A stretch of DNA of 44,080 nucleotides, taken from NCBI GenBank assembly GCA_020536535.1, contig JAHLWZ010000930.1, forward strand, positions 1 to 44,080, in the 5' to 3' direction. Shown here one piece after another: positions 11,944-22,112 of the stretch (positions within the stretch are counted from its first letter, which is position 1; each line of letters begins with the position of its first letter). Under the pieces are notes generated by a model. The model saw nothing but the letters and a program-made list of their open reading frames with translations, was not told where the DNA came from and ran no database searches. A program made the position numbers and the translations under genes. Source of the stretch: Pelomyxa schiedti (taxonomy: Eukaryota; Protista; Evosea).

Positions 11944-13750
11944 ATGAGGAAAGATCTGGTGTGTGGTGTTGTCCTCCTCTCTTGTTTGCTGTCGCTGTCT
12001 ATGTGTGAGCCGAACCCCCCTACTTGGCCCAAGAACGTATACATCTTCGATCCGGCCACCCCATCCACGACCCAGGCCGCCATCGACGCCGTCTTTGCGG
12101 AGAACGGCGGCAACTCTCCTCCCGACAATGGCCAGTGGAGCAACAGCCGATACGCGTTGATGTTCATGCCCGGCACCCACGCTGTCACCGTGGACGTTGG
12201 CTACTATACTTCCGTCATTGGATTGGGCAAGACGCCTCAGGAGACTACTCTTCAGACACTGAGGTGCCAGAACGGCGACTTTGACTACACCGTTGGTGCT
12301 CTAAACGCGAGTTTTTCCCTTTTTCCCCTCACCCTCTTTTTTTGTTGTTCATTTTATGAACCAACTCTAAACCTAGAACTTCTGGCGCTCTGCAGAAGGT
12401 TTTTCGACTCAGTCATACACCTTGTGGGCTGTATCTCAGGCCGCACCTATGCGACGAGTTGTGATCAGTGGCAATATGGACTTGTATCAGTATAACTACG
12501 GGTGCTGCGCTGGGTATGCTAGTGGCGGATACCTCGCGGATAGTATTATAAGTGGGACAGTCACTTCTGGCAGTCAACAGCAGTGGTTGACACGAAATAC
12601 CAACATGGGGAGCTGGAGCGGGAGTGTGTGGAACATGGTCTTTGTAGGTTGCGCGGGAGGCTTACCAACCGCCAATTGCGGGTCTCCCACTCCTTTCACT
12701 CTTGTTACTGCTACACCAGTTATTGCCGAGAAGCCATACATAACTCTTTACAGTGGAAAGTACAACCTGGTTATCCCGAAAGTAGAGTACAACAAAGTCG
12801 GTGTTACTTCCAACTATGACAATGCTAACACAGTCGGATTTGAAAATGTCTTTGTCGCCACTGAAACCGATACTGCCGCTACAATCAACGCCAAACTCGA
12901 TTCTGGCCTTCATGTCGTTCTGTCTCCAGGAAATTATAACCTTACGGAATCCATTGTTATCAACAACAAGAACACAGTGTTGTTGGGTATTGGCTTCCCT
13001 ACTCTGATTTCTACCAATGGCAACCCTTGCATCACCGTTGCCTCAGTTGATGGTGTTCGAGTAGCTGGCATTCTAGTTCAAGCTGGAAAAATTGAGGCCC
13101 CCGTACTTGTCAAGTGGGGTACAACTGATTACAGTGGAGATTCTACAAACCCTGGCTTTATTTATGACCTCTTTGTACGTGTTGGAGGTGACAACGATCC
13201 ATTTGAATACCAAGTCAGTGCGGATACTATGTTGGAAGTAAATTCTGGTAATGTAGTGATTGATAATACTTGGTTATGGCGTGCTGATCATTACGTTGGT
13301 GGCGGCATTGTTTACAACTCTATGAATCCAGCCAAGCACAGTGCAGTCATGAATGGCAACGATATAACCGCCTATGGTCTATTTGCTGAGCATACTCTTC
13401 AAGACATGGTTTTGTGGAATGGTGAGGGTGGAAGAACATACTTCTTCCAGTCAGAGTATCCCTATGACGTCACTCAGGCGAACTACGGCAGCCCTGGCTA
13501 CGCTGCTTATCGCGTGAACTCGACTGTTACTACTCACAATGCATGGGGTGTTGGTGTCTACTCCTACTTCCGAGACTACAGTGTAGTTGTCAACAGTGGA
13601 ATTGCTACACCCGGAACTTCCGGAATCTCCTTCACAAACTCCCTCACCGTGTTCCTCAATGGAATGGGCTCAATTCAACACGTAGTCAACAACAACGGTG
13701 ATGCCGTTTATGCCATTGGAATGCAAGAATGGCTGTGCTCTTCCAACTAA
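11944..13750 (+). CDS. Secreted GH55 exo-beta-1,3-glucanase (laminarinase), bacterial-type
   Basis: Signal peptide MRKDLVCGVVLLSCLLSLSMC. Motifs VGYYTSVIGLG, NFWRSAE, WAVSQAAPMRR, SGGYLADS, GSQQQW, WNMVFVG, WLWRADH, YGLFAEH and FFQSEYPYD match Streptomyces-type GH55 enzymes as I recall them. One intron, 12307-12376. Confidence 0.85.
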
Positions 13751-13882
13751 AAACGCAAACAAAACAGTAATTTTATTCGTTCGTTGTGGCCCTTTCCTCC
13801 AAAACAAAAAGAAAGCATCACGTGTACATAAAGAACAGTAATTTTAGAAATACCCTAGAAATAAGTTGTACAACATAAGCAC

Positions 13883-15870
13883 TCAAGAGGATCTGCCTGA
13901 ATTTTTCTTTGCTTTGGCTAACGTTGTGTCATCTTTGCCAAAAATGTCCTGATTTTGGTAATTGGTCTAGAATAAAGATAGTATCGAATCCAAACCTTCG
14001 ATTTCTTCTCCAAACTGGGGTTTTGTGCCTTCATGGCTGCTCTGAGGGGTGTTAGATTAAGTTCCCATAAAGGTATTGATTGTCATACATTGTGAGGGGG
14101 GTTGCTGGTTCTAGAGACACGCTTACATCAAAGGCTTCATCAGAAGTTCTAGCCTTGAATGACTCCAAGTAAGCTTGAATCTCTGCAACGGGCTTGAAAT
14201 TAGGTCCTACCACCTGCCATACTTTCAATCCCCTGAAGCATTTTAGTACTCACAAAGGAGTAGGCCTGCCATACTTGACAATAGAACTCATACTTCTCCA
14301 TTTGGCAAAGTTAACAAGTGATGTACCAGGAATGCAGTCAGTATTTCCGTCATTTGCGAAAGTAACATCCGTCAAAATCATCCCTAGACTGGTATGAATG
14401 TGTAATAAAGCAGTGCGAATTCCCACCTAGATGTGGTATGCACGGCGCAACAGCAGATTTTATTACATTTCTGTACGCCACAAAATTGGCAGATGGGTCA
14501 AGTAAAACGGAATATTTGTCAAATAATTCCCAGGACGGTTGCGGTAACAACTGGAAGGATGGTTAGGTAGGTAGTTTGTAATGATAGTATTTTAATTACC
14601 GCCCAAGATTTCTTCAGTCTGTGCACAGCAGAGTTTTGAAGACTGGAAACTATCTCGAGCAGACCATTGTAATTTCGGAGCTTGTAACAACACTAAAATA
14701 ATGTAAGCAATCTGGGTTCCGGATGAAGAACAAATTTACATCAGCGACTTGGATCAGCCGGTTAATAGCCAAGGCTCGATCTTTTTCACTTGGCAAATTA
14801 ATGACTTCAGATATGGCCCAAAGAGTTCTCTGGGGAAAATATTAGCTGTTTCAATGAATGTGGGCGGATCACTTTGTTTGACTCGTTTATCATGGCAGTT
14901 ATGTTTGGGGCAAGTCGACCCTTGACATTTGGCTTGTTCCAAGAATTTGTGATGAATTCTACTCACGTTACGATTTGCATACATATCTCAATTTGGAAAC
15001 CTTTTGGCTTGATTTTTTTCCATAAGTTCCATTCAATCAAAGATATCTGTCTTGCTAGCTCCTCTGGGTGGAGATCCAAAATAGTATTTATTGCCGAGGT
15101 TAGCAAAATCGGAGGTGGGCATTCGCCTGTTAAATTTACAGGGGAAGCCGTATTTAGCTGAACGAAAAGGCTTGCATGAGTCAATGAGACATTCTACTCA
15201 GTGTGCATACCAATTTTTTTAGAACAGCTCCGGCAATAGCGTTGTATGATGTGAAAAGGGTTAATGCCTCCGCGATTTTTTGTGAAAGTTCCATATTGTC
15301 AGACAGATCCTCATGTATACTCTTTAATACATTGATCACCCTAGGGCCAGTTAAAGGTGGAAGAGGTAAAAAAGAAAGACCTAGCCCTGACAGTTGTTCG
15401 TATTGTAGCGAACATGGATGGATCGAGAGTTTCAGGCATCCGGATAAAGAATCTTTATTACAATATAAGAAAATTCTGGCTGTAAAGCATGTACCGTGCG
15501 GTCAGCATATCAATAAGTTTGGATTCCTCCACAAAAGCTACGTAGGAGATAAAAAAGGACTGTGAAAAATCGGGATCTAGGTTGTGGTTAACAGCTAAAA
15601 ACATTGGAGGAGGCTAATACCACATTCCTCAGAATGTGTCAGATACTGAACAAGTTTAAAAACTGTGCCACCTTGTATTGTAAATGGCCGGGAGCCCGTA
15701 GAACTCTTTTTCATATGAGGAAAAAAAAGGAAAAGCTGGAAATGGTACCCCAGTATCTGAAAGAAACGTCCACCTGACATTACTGTTGGAGTCAGGCTCT
15801 TCAAAGTACTTGAAGTACTCCGCAAATTTGAGTAGAACTTCTGGTGGGATCTGTGAGGGGTCATCCACAT
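13883..15870 (-). other. RasGEF module (REM + CDC25 catalytic domain) of the fusion gene
   Basis: SOS-like REM start (FEEPDS...IQGGTVFKLVQYLT) and CDC25 conserved regions (ELARQISLIE; NYNGLLEIVSSL; PCIPHLG; VNFAKW). Stop at 13883-13885. Confidence 0.92.
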
Positions 15871-18800
15871 GCTTTGTTTTGTTTCCAGAAGGTTAGCAAT
15901 TTCAACTACGTGGGTGCTGTTATACCGGAACACTTTCTTGAGGGCAATTTGCCACAGCACCAAAGGAGTTATTTTGATAAAGAATAAGTAATTGTGGGGG
16001 ATTAAGTTCAGATTGCTGAAAAGCGAGTTGCGAATTCCTTCTTGGGGATGATGTAGGCGATATGTCCTGTGGTATGAGGCCTTCACCAATTGCAGATAGG
16101 GAACCCATTCGTGACTGATATCTACCTGAAGGCGGAACTTGAGGTATTGCGCCAAGTGGAATCCGGGCAACAGGACGGGATGTGGACGTGGATGTGGATG
16201 TGGATGCGGATGTGGATGTGGATGTCTTCAGAGGCAACGCTTTTGGCACTTTTACGGGCTCACTGCTACCCATAATGTTTGGCTGCGGAAAATCGCTGAT
16301 GCCGATATAGGTGAGAATTTTGTCACCTTTCTCTGGTTTTTTGTTTTTTTTTTTTAATGTGAGGGAAAAGACAGCAGGTGGCTGATGTGTACATACTGCA
16401 GCTGAGTAAAAATCGAGAACAGAGACCATTTTCAATTTGTTTTACACAAATGAACTGAGTGTTTGGAGGACAATTCTCCACATAAATAGGGGTGTAACAA
16501 CGAGGCATCATGGGAGGAATAACCGTAACAAGTACTTCAAGAGGTGGAATAATCTTAAAATGGAGTAGAATACTCATATAAGTATCATCCTTGGAAAATT
16601 CGTATGATGTTTGTGTTGTCCTAGGTGAAAAATTAAATGGGAAATATAGCTAAAAACACACTCGTCCACATTTGCTCCCACTAGGGCATCAAAGAATCGT
16701 TTATGTGGTTTCGCATAGAGGTCCAAGAATTGCTCAAATAATTGCCGCACACTGAGGTGGGTAGGGAAATGGCCAAATGTTTTTCCTTTGTCCATGGTCA
16801 TTAATTAAACGGGATCAAAGAAGGGGGATGCCTGTTGCTCCAAAGAGGTTAATCGAATGATTGGATATGCCAGGGAAATGGGTTGTAAGTAATTGGTCCA
16901 CTTCGTGGGCTGGGTTGCACGGTAATATATACAGATATTCCCCTGGTTGTGGGCTAAAAATAAATAAGGGATAATGAAAATTAATAAGTGTTCAAGGCAC
17001 CATAAAGTTGTTGAAAGTTGTACACAAAAGAATCTTTTATTTGGACCACTGAGATGCTTGTACTCCACAATACTTTTGATGGCAGAAAGTTGATACCCTC
17101 TTGGGCAAACTCTTAGTGAGGGCTTCCCTGCTTGTAAATGTCAAATTGATTGACTAGTAACGCTTTTGACCTGAAATTCCTGGTGTGATAACAACCTGAG
17201 GTTCTGGCAGTTCAGTGCGTTGTAAAGTTGCTTCTAATTCCTTCAACCAGCGAGTGAATGGTCGTTGTCCTCTGCAAGAATGAGTGACCAGGAAAAGGAG
17301 GAACCAGGTACTTGTCAGGCCGTTCTACATCGATTTTAACGACGGGAATCATTGGAGAAGCTCCAAGTCGCCTGAACATATCGTTTATCTGGTCTGCAAA
17401 CACACAGAACTACGTGAGGTGAGCTTGACTTAGAAGTCAGGAGGGGGTCTATCTTCACCTTATCATAGACACTTGAACCAAAGCCAAGAACTGAAAACCT
17501 TGTTCCTGAGAGCAGATGGTTGAAAGAGTCAAGTGGCAATGCACATAAGTAGTCCCAAAATTTTTGTGCATTGTAGGGCATGTTTCGATTGTTTTCACTT
17601 TGCCACGTTGAAGTCAGAAGGATGAGTGTCGTGCAATGTCCAAGTGCCTCGATGGGAAAGTGGTCCATGGAATGAATTGAAACACAACCTTCACCAAGTG
17701 ATTTTTCTAGAACTGCATGCACTTTATAAGCATAGGAGGCAGTAAAACCTCCCTGTGACCCATACATGATGGCAACGTTGCCAACAGAGCCAATAAAATC
17801 ATCACCCCCCAAGCGCACACCCTTACGCAGAGCGAGTGGAGGGGGGGTATATACAGGGGGATAATACTCAAGAAGCTTTCTAGATTTCTTCGATGCAACT
17901 CCACTGAGTTCCGTCTCTTGGAATTGTTGCTGTCGGAAGTATGGAGAGGGTTCTGAAGAATTTGCTGACACTTTATAGACTTGTGACCGTCGTTTAGCTT
18001 GAATGCATGGATCACTGCTATGAGGTTGGCCTCCACCCCCCAAACAACCCCCAGGACAAGCCATGCATTCGACAAAATGCTTTCGTACTGTAGTTTTCCC
18101 GGCTCGTTGAACATCTTCCAGACCTTGTGAAGAGAGAAAATCTTGTATTTTCCGTGCTCCACTGATAATTACAACTTCTAGTTGCCTGTTTGAAGAAGGT
18201 TTCGTGGGTGAAATGTCAATTACAGTTTCAATCCAAGAGTCAGTCTTTATAACTTGGCGACATTGTTCAAAGATCTTAACATCTGACTTTTCCAACTGTA
18301 GTTCATGTAATTTAGTACAGGAAATCCAAAGAATTGCGTACTTTTTCCTGTGTCAAACAGGAGAATGCGACTCTAAGTGCTGCCTCCTTGAATGCAGTTA
18401 GAAAAGCGGTGAGAAAAGGTAGGACAAACTGTCACACCACCACTTGCTGAGAACAAGTTTCCTCCTCCACTTGAGACAGCAAATGGTTCATCAAATGTAG
18501 CTTTTCCTTTCCCGGAGAAAGTACTCCATGCAGTGGGGTCAAGCCGTGCTTTTAGAAGCTGTGCCATCTCCCGGACTGTTAACACAATATCCACATCTTT
18601 GTGCCCACTGTTTCATGAGTCAGAAGAAAGATTCATGGAAGTTACTTGCCATGGGTCACGAAGTTCTGGTTTGTTAATCTCTTCCTTTTTGGCAATGCAG
18701 GGCATAACAGCAACAACGAAGTAGCGATTACGAGGGATATTATTATGCTTCATCCAGCTGCGGATCATTGCCCCAAGCATCATCATTGGTGACCTGCACT

Positions 18801-20362
18801 TGGAAACTAGAGCTCGCAGGTGAGGATATTTCTAGAAAACAATTGAGAAAGTGATAATACACGTAAAAGTTACATGTTCCACGAGTCTAACCCACCCAGG
18901 GCAGCATGATGTAAATAGAGGAAAGGGTCCCCCAGCCTTCACGCGTTTCAGCAACTCTATAGCCTCCAATGTAGCACATGTATCGGCAGCAAATGTAGTG
19001 TCAAAGACATATTCGAATCCAATTGCATGTGCTGCTTCAACAATACGCCACATGTCTTGGTTATCATTAATATGGGAATCTCCTTCCCCCATAAGTTCAC
19101 AGATTGAGATTCTGCTGGTAGGTGCAGTTTGAAGTATGAGTGTCTTTCTATTTGGAGAAGACTTCTCTGTGTCTAGTTCCTGGAGAACAGTATTAACATC
19201 ATTTCTTTCAGATACAGCACCCGTTGGACAAACTGCAGCACACTGCCCACATGTAATGCAGCTTGTTGCGTGAAGAGGAAGATTTTTCTCAAAGGCGATT
19301 GGTGCAAGAGGATTGTGAGTATTCAGCTGAAGGACATTCATGTTCTGAACCTCTGAACATACACGGACACAACGTGTGCATAGACAACACAGACTCTGGT
19401 TCCTAACTAATGCATATTGTTGTTGAACTTCAGGAACAGTAGATGTTCTCTGTACCGAAAAAAATGAGCACCATGAATGAACAAGATTGTACGAACCTTG
19501 GTGTATGCAAGGATATCCTCAATTTCAGGAGTGCGAGGTGATATTGATTCCAGGGTCCGTGTACCCAAAAATTCTTGTAGATTAGTGGTACCTCTGTAAT
19601 ATACTTCAGGTGCATTTGTAGTTACAACCATTCCATCTTCCACTAATGTTTTGCAAGCCTTCACGAACTCCACGACTGTTCTAACATCTGATCCATAAAA
19701 ATACGAAGTAGTACTTTTCCCAGAGCCAGATAAACTGCTGCGGTCACCATCAGACCCGTTGTAGGAAGAAGATGAAGAAGATGAAGAAGCACCAGCACTT
19801 CCACTAGGACCTCCTATGGAATTACTTCGGCGCAAACCCAAATTGGGTGATAGGGGTTGTGAAGGGCTTGGTGAAACAGTTGCAGGTGTAGGTGGAGCTG
19901 AAATCATAATGGAAGGCGATGGCGATGAAAATGGTGAGTGTGGTATAATTGGAGAAGTAATGGGAGGAGTTCTAGTTGCCGAATGTGAGAAAATGCCGGA
20001 ATTGGCGGGACTTTTGTTTACAACTCCTTGACTTCCAGATGAAACGATGCGCTCCACCTGAACGACACAAAGGCCACATTTTCCCGTAGATGGCAGTGAC
20101 GGGTGGTGGCACAGCGTAGGAACATGAACATTCACTTCGTAACAGGCTCGTAAGATCGTCCATTCTCTTGGCGCTTGTAATACTTTCCCATTTATTGTAA
20201 CAGTAACCTCAGGTGCCACACTCTCCTTTACATTTTGTTATTGATTGTGAAGTACGAGGAGTACATCTTTCAAAAAAAAAAAAGTGTCAACTTGTAGCAT
20301 TTGACATCTGTCAAATGCCCCAAAATTTTGTGGGTGCCACGGCCCGTGGGTGTGCTTGCCAT
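13883..20362 (-). CDS. [FeFe]-hydrogenase-flavodoxin-FAD-binding domain-RasGEF (REM+CDC25) fusion protein
   Basis: Phase-compatible exon chain traced from the 20219 ORF into the REM domain. [2Fe-2S]: LCHHPSLPSTGKCGLC...KAC. 2x[4Fe-4S]: CCLCTRCVRVC and CITCGQCAAVCP. H-cluster: P1 FTSCCPGW, P2 MPCIAKKEE, P3 ECMACPGGCLGGGGQP. Flavodoxin: IMYGSQGGFT, TSTWQ, FSVLGFGSSVYDKFC. FAD domain: PGEYLYILPCNP, PRCYT, GLCSRFLLSCKKGDKI..SDFP. REM: FEEPDS..IQGGTVFKLVQYLT..DPDFSQSFFISY. CDC25: LDLHPEELARQISLIE, LRNYNGLLEIVSSLQNSAVHRLKKSW, PCIPHLG, ILTDVTFANDGN, VNFAKW. The first exon (ATG 20362, MASTPTG) is tentative. Confidence 0.8.
16178..16225 (-). repeat. Imperfect (GGATGT)n hexamer repeat encoding a (TS)n linker
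   Basis: Visible tandem ggatgt units on the plus strand; translates on minus as TSTSTSASTSTSTSTS between the FAD domain and the RasGEF. Confidence 0.85.
16285..20219 (-). other. Hydrogenase-flavodoxin-FAD module of the fusion gene (group A-like [FeFe]-hydrogenase with CysJ-like tail)
   Basis: All three H-cluster motifs are intact, with F-cluster Cys motifs upstream and flavodoxin plus CPR-type FAD-barrel motifs downstream. This part is secure whether or not the fusion call holds. Confidence 0.93.
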
Positions 20363-20837
20363 TTTATAAAGGGGAAAAAAGGAGGGAGGTTGGGGAAGCA
20401 CTTTTTGAGGTCTTAGGTACTGAATCTCGGGTAAGCTTGTTTCTGTCTTGGCCTTCATTTGCAATTTGGCGTACCACTCCCCTCTTACTTGTTTTTGAGT
20501 TATTAAGTTGTTCTCAGGGATAGTCGAAGACGAAGACAAAAGTTCAAGGTACATGCATCCTCGGGAGCGCGGAATTGCTGTTTTTGGGTTTATACCTGTT
20601 CCTGGAAGGGGCTAACATCCACCAAATCTCCACAGCACCATCAACCACTTCTGTTTCCTTCCTTTTGTTTGTTCGATATTTCTGCAACGGGAAAAAAGCC
20701 CAGTCAGGGTTGGGCGGGGTCGACAAAACAAAAGTTTAGAGAATACACAACAGAGGAGGTAGTTTTATTGTATGGGTTTTTGTAGAGGTAATTACATCTG
20801 AGGTGGCGGTGCCCAACCAAGAGCTGCCGGCAGCACC

Positions 20838-21786
20838 CTAAAAACCAAAGCCAAGTGAACCTGTGAGAGACCTTCTCTTCAATTTATCAAGGGCGGCGGC
20901 TGTGTCATACTCGTGAAGCAGCGTTTCTATGGTTGGCTGGTCAAGTATGGGGTACTCTGTTGCGAGCAGGTTGGCCAGGTGCTTTGGGTCCGGGCTACCC
21001 TTGAGCTCCTCCAGGTCAATGAGCAAATCGCCACAGGCATAGGACATGAGGCGGGAGATAGCGGCATTTTTCTCAAAACTGCTCATCCACTCCTCCATTG
21101 ACAGAGTTCCGTTGTGATCGGTATCCGCCTTGAAAGCCAACTCGGCAAATTGATCCGCATTCACGTGGACTGCTGTAGCAATCATCTTACTGATCATCTT
21201 GACTGTGAGGGATTAGTTGGCAACCTGTAAGAAAAGGAGTACTGTATACTCACAAGATATTTTACTGCCTGGATGTTTATGGATGTATGACTTGAGCTGC
21301 ACCTTGATAAGACTAATGCAAGATGTCATTGACACCCGGAGCGCCTGTATGAACTCCACCTTGGTTATTTGTCCGTCGCCGTTCAGGTCACATGCCGTGA
21401 ATAGCATTTTGGCGCGTTCTGTCGGGTCACCACTTGCCAAAATACTTAGTCCACTAAGGAATTCGCGTTTTGAAACCATTCCTACAGTTAAAGTTGGTGA
21501 TAATATAGGCCGCAGGAGAGAGTAAAAGGAAACCGTTGTGGTCGCGGTCAAACAGCCAGAACAGCTCATCGGCAAATCCTTTGGTTGACAAGAAATCGAC
21601 GTCGGGCATATTTGCGCTTATCGCCTCTATGAAGCGCTTGAACTTTGAGATCTTTAATTCCTCCTTGTGAGGTGGCCAGTACGACATAATGAACTTGACG
21701 TGGTCAACGGTCAAATTGAGCTCCGAGGCCAACGACCCCACTTCAGAGTCCGATGTCAAGTGTGGTTTCGACGCATCCGCACCCAT
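20838..21786 (-). CDS. N-myristoylated EF-hand calcium sensor (NCS/calcineurin-B-like) with C-terminal CUE-like helical extension
   Basis: MGADASK fits the MGxxxS myristoylation motif. EF loops DRDHNG|MVSKRE, DLNGDGQITKVE and DTDHNGTLSMEE; typical FLSGLSILASGDPTERAKMLF segment; three exons. Confidence 0.85.
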
Positions 21787-22112
21787 CTACGTAACAACTG
21801 TTGTCAATTGTCGTAATTCCGCAGTGTGTCCCTTATTCACGTCTGGATCTCAACCACCACAAAGCACCCCTCGCGTTTTTTTTTTCCGTACTTTGCGGAT
21901 TGTTGGTTTGTTTTTTTTGTTGTCGAATTGGTAGATCGCTGGTTCGTTCATAGAAAAAGTCATTTTAGGCTTTCTCCTTATTGAAAATGAGCCATTTTGT
22001 AGATGGACCGGGAAAAGTCTCAAGAGGAAAAACTGGGATGCCGGCACAGGAAGAAAAATAACAGAAATTGCCTAAGGAAATAGAAGAGATTGTTGGCTCT
22101 TTGTTTTGAGTT

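Noticed and set aside
13883-16273. Stand-alone RasGEF gene starting at ATG 16273 (MGSSEP, myristoylation-like)
   Set aside because: The upstream in-frame codons complete the FAD barrel and follow a good acceptor, and there is almost no room for a promoter. An internal short isoform is not excluded.
17336-20219. Nar1/NARF hydrogenase-like CIA protein, or bacterial contamination
   Set aside because: It has the full TSCCP, MPCxxKKxE and ExMACxxGCxGGGGQP motifs plus extra F-clusters, and it carries spliceosomal introns like the flanking eukaryotic genes.
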